64,000 bases of DNA, from NCBI GenBank assembly GCA_000004985.1, contig GG738873.1; one strand, given 5' to 3'. Shown piece by piece: positions 11,901-22,291 of the stretch (the stretch's first letter is position 1; each line of letters begins with the position of its first letter). The notes below the pieces were generated by a model. That model did no database searches. It saw only the letters and a program-made list of their open reading frames with translations, and was not told where the DNA came from. The position numbers were made by a program, and so were the translations under genes. Source of the DNA: Naegleria gruberi. Taxonomy: Eukaryota.

Positions 11901-13298
11901 TTGTAAGCCATAGTTTGGAGTGGTAATAACAGGACCAGTGGTACTAGTTGCACTGGATGAAGTTGTTTGACCAATGATACCTGCAAGATTGGTAATTATT
12001 TTGGAGGAGAGATCAATACTTCTCACTGCATAACTATTGGAATCAGCAAGTGTCAACACTCCATTCAAATAATAAACACTTGTTGGTTTTGAAAGGAAGG
12101 CAGAAAGAGCAGGTATTCCACTACCAAATTGTTGACTACTTGTACCTGCTATAGTTGAAATGGTGGATGCTTGTCCATCAGACACTGTTGCCTTTCTTAT
12201 TCTATTATTTCCCAGGTCAGCAATGTAAATATTTCCATCGCCATACACAACATTTGATGGATTTGAAATGCAATTTGTGGCAGCCGACCCATCATTAAAA
12301 CCTGGTTGTAAATTAACACCCACAAACTCAGTAATGAGATAGGGACTTTGAATAATGTTTTTTCTCCTGATTGTGTGACCAAGTGAATTGCAAATATACA
12401 TGTATCCACTTGCAATAGTCAACCCTTGAGGTCTTATTAAATCGCTATTACCAACGACTTCAGATACAGTATTGGAAGACAGTTTACAAACTCGATCATT
12501 ATTAGTATCAGAAAAATAGAGATTGTAATCATCACTTGAGAAGAATACTCCATACGGTGAAGCCAATTTCAAATTTAATGGTGGTTGAGTCATGTCACTT
12601 GATCCACTCATACCAGCAATACCAACTACTCTAATCACCATTGGAGTGCTATCCAATTGAGTTATTTTACGAATTATATGATTACCAGTATCTGCAAAAT
12701 AAATCTCTGTATTTGCTGGATTAATTGTAATACCACTTGGACTACTCAACTTGGTTAGAAGAGCAATTCCATCCCCAGAAACATCTGCTACTCCAGTTCC
12801 AGCAATTGTTGTAATTGTACCATTCACATAAATTTTCCTAATACGGTGATTTCCAGTATCAGTAAATACAATGTCACCATTATTCATCAAAATTATGCCT
12901 CTAGGTTGATTAATTGCAGCATTGACAGCTGGACCACCATCTCCTGAGAAACTATTTGCCACGCCATTGCCAGCAATTGTTGTGATCTTTCCAGTTGAGT
13001 CAATCTTTCTAATTCTATTGTTTGATGTATCGCAAATGTACATTGGATAAATTGTGTTAGGTGTAATTGCAATACCAGATGGTCCTTTTAATGAAGAGGC
13101 AGTTGCTGGTAGATTATCTCCAACAACATTGCCGCCACCTGCCAAAGTTGTCATGTTAAAAATTGGCACCGAACAATGACTCTCAACACATGTCAAAACA
13201 AACACAACTGCTAGCAATAGAATGAAGGGAACTACAACCAGATTGTGTACGGACACATGCCTGTCCATGCGTGTGTGAGAGCGATGTGAAAGAGGCAT
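5978..13298 (-). CDS. Receptor-like Ser/Thr protein kinase: signal/anchor, ~14 NHL repeats, ~12 tenascin-type EGF-like Cys repeats, large extracellular region, one TM helix, C-terminal kinase domain. Two exons with a 49-nt intron at ~6273-6321
   Basis: 6984-nt uninterrupted ORF. NHL repeats follow the pattern (SGDGG.A..A.LN.P.GI…D.GNHRIRKI). EGF-like repeats follow CxCxxGYxGxxC. TM segment GIILGVTIPVVLIAIIIIAIIVVVF. Kinase motifs GQGAFGSV…HRDIKPSN…DFGLA…GTPLFMSPE. The E of APE and subdomains X-XI (ELGYGGKYFYNTDIYSLG…) continue in the 5978-6272 exon after a GTAAGT…AAAG intron. Confidence 0.8.
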
Positions 13299-14123
13299 GT
13301 TTTTTATATGATGGAAATTTCTCTCTGTCTCAGTCCTGGGAGTCTGAAAAAGTAAAAGCTGATTCTTTCAACCGACAAACAAAATCACTAGGGTGACAGG
13401 TTGTTGGAGCCGCGGTTTTGAAAGTTGGAGAATTTCAACTGCATCATCTAGACATTATTTGAATAGTAGTGGTCATAGTAGGTTATGGAATTTGATGGAA
13501 TGTACATCATGATTTGGAAATTATTATTTTGAAAAATTCAAGATTTAGATCATTATCTGATCTTTCAATAACCATCACTATATTATTTATCATTATTCTA
13601 ATAGTATTAATATTTGTGAAAATTAATATTTTAGGGGAAGCGAACATTTTCACTAAAATCATCATCACTGCTTGATAATTTGGAAAACTTTTAATCTAGC
13701 ATTGTTCAGCATGGTCCATTTTGGATAAAATTGCTTCTGCTAATTTTCCTAATCGTTTTCAGTAATTATGTTATTTAGTAATATTTAATTATTATTTTCA
13801 ACATAAAATCACATCTCAACATGTACTTCATCATCTTCAAAACTTTCTTCGATTACTACTATTTAAATTGCTTATTAACAACATATTTATTGTCAGTGTT
13901 GCACCATTTGGTGAATTTCACAACTTGATATAATATTGATGACAACCTGATTCATTCCAAGACTACACAACTAATCATCTTCAATCATCTATTGAGTATT
14001 CATGTAGTGAGAGTTGTTGATGGTGATACAATTATTTGTAAGATGAATGATGGAGTGAATGAAAGGATTGGAGTGGACACACCCGAAACGGTTATTCAGT
14101 GATGGAATTATTAAAACATTGGT

Positions 14124-15867
14124 TTACAAAAGGAAAATGGAGGCAATGACTAAAAGGACAACAAAGAGACTAGAGAAAATTGGAGCAGAAAAACTCATTA
14201 CAGGAGTAGGAGAGAGGGAAGTATTATGTACATTATTAGGAATACTCATTACAGGATTAGGTGTAGGAGTACTCTTTTCAGGTGTAGGAGTGAGGGAAAT
14301 GAATTTGTTACCAAAATTGAGCTGCAGCAGACAAGTCAACAACCATTGGAGCATTCATAAATCCAGAGAATGTACTAGTAGCACAATCAATATCCAAATT
14401 GATCTTAATCTTCATGGTTAGACCTTTCCATTTTGACTAACTGGAACAACATCGAACGACAATTCATTTTCCAAGAGAATTCCCTTAATAACAGTTGATG
14501 GTCCAAGATTTTGGGTGGCATTAGAGAGGACAATAGTACCATTGGCAAACCATGATGACATATAACCAGTGTAAGAACCTTGAATTCTTTCCAAGAGAGC
14601 ACCAGGATAAGCTGGGGTAGCAACACTCTTACGGAGTTGTTCAATGATTGGAGTGAAAATAATTGGGGCATTCTTGAGAGCAATATTGTTAGCAACTGGA
14701 GAGTTCAATGAAGCCAAAGTGATCATTACAAAATCAAGTTCTGGAACAACCAATGGTTTGGCATTGTAGCCGTAAACAGAACCTCCCTTGGTCAAGTAGA
14801 ACAAGTTATTTTTGTCATCATACATGGTTTCAAAAGCACCCAAACCAATGGTGAATGTAGCATCGTTAGCCAAGAAGGTTGGCATGATGAATTGTCTCAT
14901 GGCATCCTTTGAAATTGGAACAGGGCACGCAGTGGCATTGTTAAGAGAGCTATAGGTGAAACAAGAGAAGAATTTTAACATATCATTAGCAGTACTGTAC
15001 ATGCCACTCTTGGGCCAACAACATGGTCAAATAATCTGGATCTCTACCAACAACCATCTTGGAAAGAATATCAGAAGAGTAATCAAATCCAGTGTTAGTC
15101 ATGCCCAACTTGTCGAAAATGTTAGTCTTACAGAATTCTCTGAATGATTTACCTGTAATCAATTCAAGAACTCCACCCAAAATGGTAAAGTCAACATTAC
15201 TGTAATAACGATCACTTATGGATGGAGCCATAAATTGCAACAAGTCAACTGTGGTCTTTCTGTATTCATCAAAAGTCATACTGCAATTATATGGATCACA
15301 AGGAGAAGTTCTAGACAAACCAGCACCGTGACTCATTAATTGTCTGAAAGTAATCTTGTTAGTTGCTGTCGTAAAGTACTTGTTAGTATATTGAAAGTCT
15401 TTAACATAGTTAGTGATTGGTTCATCAATACTCTTAATAAGACCCAATTCTTGAGCAATCAAAGCAGCCATACTGGTAAAAACTTTAGTGACAGAGGCAA
15501 CTCTAAAGATGGAATCGGCAGTTGGAGTTTCAGTTTCCTTACCCTTAGTACCAACTTGACCAACACCTTGGTTCATAACAACAGTATCTCTATATTTGGC
15601 AAGAATAATTCCGGATCCATTCTTTACACCATTGTCAACCAAAATAGATTTAACCATATTATTCTTGAGTTCTGTTAAAGCAGATTGAAGAGTTGAAACA
15701 TCAATTTCTGCAGATCTTGGAAGAATGTTACATTTAGGGTTTGCATCAGATGCCTTCAATACTCTGACTTGAGACTTGAGAGATCTAGCACTTGCCTTTG
15801 GATTGACATCAGAACTTATCTTAGTGTAAGCAACGAACCAATCAAGACCTGGCATCCAGAAGTACAA
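14124..15867 (-). CDS. Beta-lactamase/transpeptidase-fold serine hydrolase (copy 2, complete catalytic module with SxxK and YxN). It probably ends in a Thr/Pro-rich linker plus a hydrophobic GPI-signal-like tail exon
   Basis: Motifs ASVTKVFTS (SxxK), YSNVDFTILGG (YxN), TANDMLKFF, GLGAFETM…GGSVYGYNAKP. An apparent 1-nt frame change lies near 14990-15010. The downstream exon candidate 14124-14325 is in frame after a GTCTAA…CTGCAG intron (~14326-14421) and encodes …TPTPEKSTPTPNP…SFSAPIFSSLFVVLLVIASIFLL*. Confidence 0.55.
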
Positions 15868-17012
15868 GTTGCCACATTTGAGAATCTAAGAACTTCATTT
15901 CCGTAACCTCCCTTAAACAATGTCAAAGAATCGATATATGCAGCTTCTTGAATATCTCTAATAATGAAAGCATTATTTGGTTGGTAATCCAAATCAAAAT
16001 TAACATAATTTCCACCCAAATTAATGTTCATAATAGTTTGACCATCTTGATAATACAAAGTGGCATTGGTTCCATCAGCATTACACAAATAGGTACCTTG
16101 GTACTTGGCTTGATCTTGAGCTGGAGGTAAAACAAATGCTGGCATGACAGAAACATATTGACTCATAAGTGTTCCAACAGCCTTAGCATAAATTTGTTCA
16201 GCAATATATGTAGCAAAGACATCTCTATTGGAAGAAATTGAAATGATTGCAAACTTGTATTCTGGAACAAAGATCATGTGAGTAGAAAATCCGAGAACGC
16301 TTCCTCTCTTAGATCTCTTCCATACGTTATACTTGCTATCGTGACTCATTTCAAAGGCAAAACCAGTTGCATTTTGAGCGTCTGGAGAAATATATTGAGG
16401 AGTGAAAAATTCACGAACAGTTTGACGAGTAAGAATACTTTCATCATTCAAGATTGAGGAGGCATAATAGGTCAAATCTTGCAATGTAGAGTAAGCATCC
16501 ATGGAACCTTCACACCAACCAGACTTTAATTCAGAATCGAATGTGATAGTGGCATTGCCAGCATAGCTAGGAGCAACATGAGTGGAAACAGTGAGGAGAT
16601 CAGAGACGAGACCAGAGTTGGACATGGAGGCACTTTTCATTACATCCTTAAGATTAGAAGAGACGGATTGACCATTAATTTTAGCAAGAGCTTGACTCAA
16701 CCAACAATAACCAAAGTCAGAATAAACTGGTACAGAGTATGGTTCATGTACAACTGAAGAATGTCCAGGAAGACCAGAAGCAGCCATTGCCTTAACAACT
16801 TCATCATTAGAAAGATTACAATCAAATAGTTTGCAAGGAGCTTGTCTTCCGAGACCACTCATGTGTGTGGACAATTGTCTCAAAGTAACAGAGGAAATTG
16901 GAAACTTGGAGAATGTACTAGTGAGAGCATCATCGAGTTTCAACTTTCCAGCATCTCTCATTCTGAACATTTGAGTAGCAACCAACAATAACGAAAATTT
17001 CGTAAAAAGCAA
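15816..17012 (-). CDS. Beta-lactamase-fold hydrolase paralog (copy 1) lacking its N-terminal ~120 aa, including the catalytic Ser. Either a truncated pseudogene or the upstream half of a tandem-duplicated gene
   Basis: Aligns with copy 2 from the SxxK position onward (LFTKFSLLLVATQMFRMRDAGKLKLDD vs SVTKVFTSMAALIAQELGLIKSIDE), so Ser is replaced by Leu. It retains YSDFGY, GFSTHMIFVPE and a DUF3471-like C-terminus. There is no in-frame ATG until MFRMRDAGK. The upstream flank is occupied by the 744-aa ORF. Confidence 0.5.
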   Translation of the reverse strand: MLFTKFSLLLVATQMFRMRDAGKLKLDDALTSTFSKFPISSVTLRQLSTHMSGLGRQAPCKLFDCNLSNDEVVKAMAASGLPGHSSVVHEPYSVPVYSDFGYCWLSQALAKINGQSVSSNLKDVMKSASMSNSGLVSDLLTVSTHVAPSYAGNATITFDSELKSGWCEGSMDAYSTLQDLTYYASSILNDESILTRQTVREFFTPQYISPDAQNATGFAFEMSHDSKYNVWKRSKRGSVLGFSTHMIFVPEYKFAIISISSNRDVFATYIAEQIYAKAVGTLMSQYVSVMPAFVLPPAQDQAKYQGTYLCNADGTNATLYYQDGQTIMNINLGGNYVNFDLDYQPNNAFIIRDIQEAAYIDSLTLFKGGYGNEVLRFSNVATCTSGCQVLIGSLLTLR

Positions 17013-17036
17013 CCATGGAATTAAAATGCGATTTTT

Positions 17037-19271
17037 CTATTTTTTTTTATTTGCCAAAATTTCTTTCAATTTTTTGAATACTGATTCTCTCTCCTTTCCT
17101 TCATCTGTAAACGAAAAACCATACAACAACACATTTGAAGGTGGAATACGTGTATTTCTATTTTGAACTCCAAAATCCTCAAATTCTTTTGACTCATCAT
17201 TCCATTGGAGCACAGAGAGATGAATTCTCTCATCATAATACAATAAATATTTTCCAACCTCATAATAATCTTGGCTCATTTGAGTTTTAAATGCAACCAG
17301 TGTTTCCAATTGTAAATGTTTTAGAAATTGTTTTTTCTTATCAGGAACAAAGTAATCATGAGATGAAATTTGAATTCTACTTCTTCTAGTGGTTTCTTCA
17401 TTAATGGTGACAGAGTTATTCGAAATTGAATTTTCTGTCAACCAAAAATCCAAATTGGTTTCATTGGAAAATAAAGACTTTGTTTTTTCTATAAAATAAT
17501 CTTCATACCATTTCCAAGTTGCATCTGCAAGCATTGATTTGATTTTGTTTAATCCTTTTAATAAATCTAATTCGAAAGCTGGTGGTGTGATAATGTCAGG
17601 AACATTGTTAGGTACAACATTATTTCTAAATATTTCAATAACTCCATCCTTTCCATTCAATCCTACCCATTTAGAATTATCATAATTAAATTCACGAACT
17701 TGCAAAACAGGTTTGTCATTTTCCATTTTAATTTTAAATCCATGAAAATCAGAAATTCCTTTAAATGTATTGACATTATCTTTAAATAAGGATTTAAAAT
17801 CAAACATTCTTTCTAAAAATGATATTTCAGGAACATTTTTAGAATAAATTTCTTTCTTTTTTTCAATAAATTCAAGAGGACTATGACATGAATTATTTTG
17901 AAAATAAATTGAATGAATTGAAAAAAATTGATCTATATCAGTATGAGTATGTCCAACAATCATGGTGCCAATAATTACTTTTTTTACCCACCCCAAACTA
18001 ACTAATAAACCTGCGAATGCTACAGCGTACTTGTTTTTGAGTTCTTTTGAGCAATTGTCTGCTTGTAAATACAGAATTGATGGTAAATTTCCTTTTTCTT
18101 TTTTTAAATTATATAAATATTCATACAGAACTGTTAGTGCCAAATTGGCTCCACCTTCACAATTAGGAAGTTTTAATTTAATCTGATATTTTCTTCCATG
18201 TGAAATTAGTCCATAATTTGATATGTTTAATTTTTTAACAGCATTACTATTTTTAGTAGCATTGGCAATTACTGGATATGGTGTTGCTTGTGCACCATCA
18301 ATTATTATAGATAAATACTTGTTTGGATTAGCTATTGCTTTTTCTATTTTTTTTTTAAAAACAAATCTTTCTCCACAACATTCATTAATATGTTTGGCTC
18401 TTGCTTTTTTTGCTTTTTCTTGCTCAACTTCATTTGTTGATCTCTTTAAATTATTTAATCTAGCACACTCATCACATTTTCCTAATCTAGTATTTTTTGG
18501 TAATTTAATATTGGGAAATAAGTTTTTTGCTTGTCTTTTAAAAGTATCCAACCTATAGTAAGCACCTTCTTGTGATGAGACATATATTTCATATATTGGT
18601 TTCCAAGTATTGAAACCAGTAATGTGCATTTCATTTGCATTAGGTAATGGTTCAGCAAAGTTTTCTGCGAATACTGAAAACCAAGATTTAAAATTTGTGA
18701 GCTTTTCACTATCTTCCTTAATTGGTGAATGTTGTTCGTCAATTTTAGATAAATCAGTCTTTTTGGATTTTTTCAATTTATATGAAGAAATACCATAAAT
18801 ATTTTTGAACATTATTTCACAAACAGGTTTTCCGTTAATTGTATAGTTGTTTGAGTGTTGTGTAATATTTCCAACAAATTTCAACTTGTCTTTTTCCTTC
18901 AATCCTGCATAGAATGTTCTTTTTTCAGTTATTTCCGAAATTGTAAAATTAGTATTGCAATGCTTAACGCAACAATTTTTCAAGATACATGAGGAAATCG
19001 CATTATCATTCAATAATTGTTTTGATTTTTTTCCTAATTTTTCCTCTGGTGATCTTAATCTTCGTTTTGTTGATTTGTATGTACGTTTTGGTTTTGTATT
19101 AATATTGGCAATCTCTGATGAATTAGTATTATTATTAATATTTTTATCACGATTTAATTTTAAATAAAGATTAATTGGTGATTCATCCTCTAATTCCGAG
19201 TTATTAAAATCTTGATAATTATTATCATCATTGTCCTGTTGAAAGTATGAAAGTAATTCACTTGCAGACAT
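17037..19271 (-). CDS. Intronless 744-aa lysine-rich ORF with DDE/DDD transposase-like motifs; candidate DNA-transposon ORF or domesticated transposase
   Basis: ATG at 19271, TAG at 17037, and no introns although neighbouring genes have them. Candidate catalytic triad SIIIDGAQ …(~80 aa)… LYLQADNCSKE …(~40 aa)… GHTHTDIDQFF with Tc1/mariner-like spacing. A Cys/His cluster (CILKNCCVKHCN, GKCDECARL) is present. The composition is unlike the housekeeping genes around it. Confidence 0.35.
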   Translation of the reverse strand: MSASELLSYFQQDNDDNNYQDFNNSELEDESPINLYLKLNRDKNINNNTNSSEIANINTKPKRTYKSTKRRLRSPEEKLGKKSKQLLNDNAISSCILKNCCVKHCNTNFTISEITEKRTFYAGLKEKDKLKFVGNITQHSNNYTINGKPVCEIMFKNIYGISSYKLKKSKKTDLSKIDEQHSPIKEDSEKLTNFKSWFSVFAENFAEPLPNANEMHITGFNTWKPIYEIYVSSQEGAYYRLDTFKRQAKNLFPNIKLPKNTRLGKCDECARLNNLKRSTNEVEQEKAKKARAKHINECCGERFVFKKKIEKAIANPNKYLSIIIDGAQATPYPVIANATKNSNAVKKLNISNYGLISHGRKYQIKLKLPNCEGGANLALTVLYEYLYNLKKEKGNLPSILYLQADNCSKELKNKYAVAFAGLLVSLGWVKKVIIGTMIVGHTHTDIDQFFSIHSIYFQNNSCHSPLEFIEKKKEIYSKNVPEISFLERMFDFKSLFKDNVNTFKGISDFHGFKIKMENDKPVLQVREFNYDNSKWVGLNGKDGVIEIFRNNVVPNNVPDIITPPAFELDLLKGLNKIKSMLADATWKWYEDYFIEKTKSLFSNETNLDFWLTENSISNNSVTINEETTRRSRIQISSHDYFVPDKKKQFLKHLQLETLVAFKTQMSQDYYEVGKYLLYYDERIHLSVLQWNDESKEFEDFGVQNRNTRIPPSNVLLYGFSFTDEGKERESVFKKLKEILANKKK

Positions 19272-19510
19272 TTTTTTTGGAAATATTTTTGACTAATTAA
19301 GAAAATTAAAATACAAGAAAATCACAATAATTGATTTATTCTCTTAAAGTATATAATTTAAAACCAAAAACAATTGGACAATTATTTGGTAAATATTTTC
19401 AGCCGAAAAGCAATGCAATTTTTGTGAAAAATGATTCATCATTAAATTCCGAATACAATTTAATTTTCAAAGATGTTTATTTAATAAGGCATTAAAATTG
19501 ACTAAAAAAA

Positions 19511-21501
19511 ATGTCTTCAAGTGAATCATCACAATCAACAAGTAACGAAATACAAGAAAATGTTGTTGGTGATAATATTTCATCATCAAAATCCAACAAT
19601 AATTTACCATCGTCCACTAGTACTTCTGAATCAACAATTGATGTTCATGAATCGACACCCGATTCATCTAAAATTCCGGAGCAAACAACTAACAAGCAAA
19701 ATTCAGAAGATGAGAACTCCTTTGAAACCTATTACAAATTAGGGGACCCTGTAAATATTAAGGGAAAACCAACTGATCTCTTTAAAAGCATTACTATCAA
19801 GAATACTGGAAACCAACTAATCAGTGAATCTGTTGTACGATTTAAAAAATCCAACATTTCATCATTATTTTACATTTTAGGAATTAAAAAATTAAAAAAG
19901 TCATTTAAGGTGTGTGGAATTTTAGAAACGGATTTCAGTAAAACCACTGATCTTGATCACGAGTGGTTGGAATTGGTTGACGAGAATGATAAGAGTGTAA
20001 AAACATTTAAAACAAGAATTATTAAATTAAATGAACAACCAACCAAAAAAAATTCCAAAAGCAATTCTGTTGATACCTCCTCCAAGAATGAAGGTAGAAA
20101 ATATGAAACAAGATCATCTAAAAAGAAAAAAACAGAAGAAGAAGAACATGTACTTGAACAAGAACAACAATCTAATTCCGAATCTGAAGAAGAAGAACCA
20201 CCTCCAAGAGTAGCCAGAAAAAAATCAACTAGAAAATCAAGTAAAAAATCTGAATCAGAAGAAGAAGAAAAAGAGGTTTCTCCAAGAGTAGCCAAAAAAA
20301 AACAACAACAAGAAAATCAACAGGTAAAGTAGGAAGGCCAAAAAAGTCCGAGACTGTTTCAGTGGATGATGATGACATTTTATTTTCAGATATTTTGTCC
20401 AATAATTCTAAACCTAATTTAAATTCAAATACTATTAGTAACAGCTCAGTCAAATCAGTCACCAAACCAACCAAATTAAAAAATAATTCCAATAATTATG
20501 ATGATAATTCAAATAATAATTTAAATAATACTTTAATCAAATATGATGAAAATTTAAATACAAATCCAAATACTAATAATAGAAATATTTTCAGTAACAA
20601 CAAATTTAATAATAATAATAACAATAATTTAAATTATAATAATACTAATAATATCAAAAATTATGGTAATAATAATTATAATAATTATGATAATGTTATT
20701 GACTTAAATAACTCACATAATTCAAATAATTTTATTTTTAATTCAAATACTAATACGGAACAAAATTGTTACAACAGAAACAATTTCAATTCAATTAATA
20801 ATAATTTTAACAATAATTACAATCCCAATAATTATGAAAATGTATCAATTTACAATTCAAACAATAGAAATAATTTTTTGAATTATAATAATAATTTTGA
20901 CAATCATCATTTAAGCAATGATAATTCTAATAATTATTCAAATAATTTCAGTGCAAATAAATACAATAATATGAATAGTCATAATAATTATAATAATTGG
21001 AATACCAATGACAATATTTCAAATAATTATTTAAATAATAATAGAAATAATTTATGGAACAATTTCAATTCTAATAACAACTATCATCCAAATGCTAATA
21101 ACAATTTTACTAATTATCCAAATAATAATACTAACAATTTTAATAATTATCCAAATAATAACAATTTTAATAATTATGCAAATAATAATAATTTAAATAA
21201 TTATGCAAATAATAATTATAATAATTGTAACAACAATACAAACAATGGTCCTATTAACCTCCATAACAACACGATGATGAGTGTGTTGCATCATGTCAAT
21301 AATATGATCGACAATGAAATGGATTTCGAATTAAAAATGATGATTAACAAATTAATGGATAAATTAAACCAAACAGAGGAAAAAAACACTTTATTGAAAT
21401 TAATTGGTTCAACCAGGAATTTACATTATAGAACCCCAGGTAATTCCGAGAAAAACTCAAAATTGAAAGAATTACTATTCAAACTTCTTAATGATGAATA
21501 A
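19511..21501 (+). CDS. AT-hook-containing, Ser/acidic-rich and Asn-rich low-complexity nuclear protein (~660 aa). It is encoded by two ORFs joined through an apparent 1-nt frameshift in an A9 run
   Basis: ORF1 ends …SPRVAKKKQQQ*. The +2 frame is open from 20254 and reads …KKTTTRKSTGKVGRPKKSETVSVDDDD…, an AT-hook (GRPKK) that parallels the earlier repeat PRVARKKSTRKSSKKSE in ORF1. The homopolymer aaaaaaaaa at ~20294-20302 is the likely indel site. ORF2 continues as N-rich repeats to 21501. Confidence 0.55.
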
Positions 21502-21805
21502 TTAATTTTTTTAATAAAAAATTTCGTAAAAATGTGATTTTTTGCCTGACGATTTTTACCAAATTTTTGTTCAATTTGGTCAAATCACCAATACGAACCT
21601 TAGTGGTTGCATCACCATTTCCAGAGAACAAACTTGATATGTTTCCACCTGGAAACATAATACTACTAGCAGCAAAACCCGATGACACTGTAAAGGCAGC
21701 ATCTTGGATAGCTTGAGCATCGCTTGGAGAAAACTTTGCTTCTAAGAAGGTAGAGCAGAAAAGCAAGCAGCTTAGAAAAATTACTACAATTGTTTGTTTG
21801 AGCAT
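21488..21805 (-). CDS. Small secreted protein (signal peptide + ~80 aa), hypothetical
   Basis: ATG at 21805. N-terminal signal MLKQTIVVIFLSCLLFCSTFLEA. The 3' end overlaps the convergent neighbour, so the true C-terminus is uncertain. Confidence 0.25.
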   Translation of the reverse strand: MLKQTIVVIFLSCLLFCSTFLEAKFSPSDAQAIQDAAFTVSSGFAASSIMFPGGNISSLFSGNGDATTKVRIGDLTKLNKNLVKIVRQKITFLRNFLLKKLIIHH

Positions 21806-22291
21806 TTTTTTGCTTTTTGTAATTCTATTGTGTCGCAGTTGTTTTTAACAGATTTCTACTGCAGTCGAAAAAGTTTTCAACAATCTAGATTGTGTTTTAT
21901 TATTGCTTAAGCATGAACACTTTTGGAAATTTCGAGAACAATACATGTCAAATGATTTTTTAGAAGGGCACCGTAATGGAAAAGGACAAGTGCTGTTTGA
22001 GAAATAAGCAAACATTCCATCATTGGAGGATAAATTGTTGAGGATTAAGCGGAAGGGAATTGAGAGAAGTAATGGGGATAAGATGCAACAATTCAATAGA
22101 ATTCAAGATCTTGGAAAGGAATTCATAAGTAGTCGATGTGTACATTTGGCCTAATGCACAAATTAACCTGTTGTTACTTTACGTCGAGGATTGTTGTTGT
22201 TTTTGACATTATCAAAGATCTTTTCACATGATGTTCAGATTATTTAGAAGAAGTATTTTAAGTTTTTATAAATATTGTGAGGAAGATGTAT

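Noticed and set aside
10121-12415. Several 60-125-aa ORFs on both strands inside the 7-kb kinase exon (10121..10360, 10634..10837, 10841..11218, 12197..12415, 7043..7225)
   Set aside because: They are nested in alternative frames of a long, well-supported coding exon, have no motifs, and are typical of chance ORFs in Cys- or Gly-codon-rich repeats.
14059-14421. Plus-strand 120-aa ORF overlapping the TP-rich region
   Set aside because: It is antisense to the better-supported minus-strand TP-rich/GPI-tail exon, and its sequence is a low-complexity mirror of that repeat.
17066-19167. Small ORFs on both strands within 17037-19271 (17066..17263, 17962..18186, 18223..18558, 18482..18742, 18610..18798, 18955..19167)
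   Set aside because: All lie inside the continuous 744-aa ORF in other frames. Their low-complexity hydrophobic strings come from the AT-rich codon bias.
19511-21501. Programmed ribosomal frameshift as the explanation for the split AT-hook gene
   Set aside because: The shift coincides with a simple A9 homopolymer in a draft assembly that also carries an N-gap and another repeat-tract indel. A sequencing error is more parsimonious.
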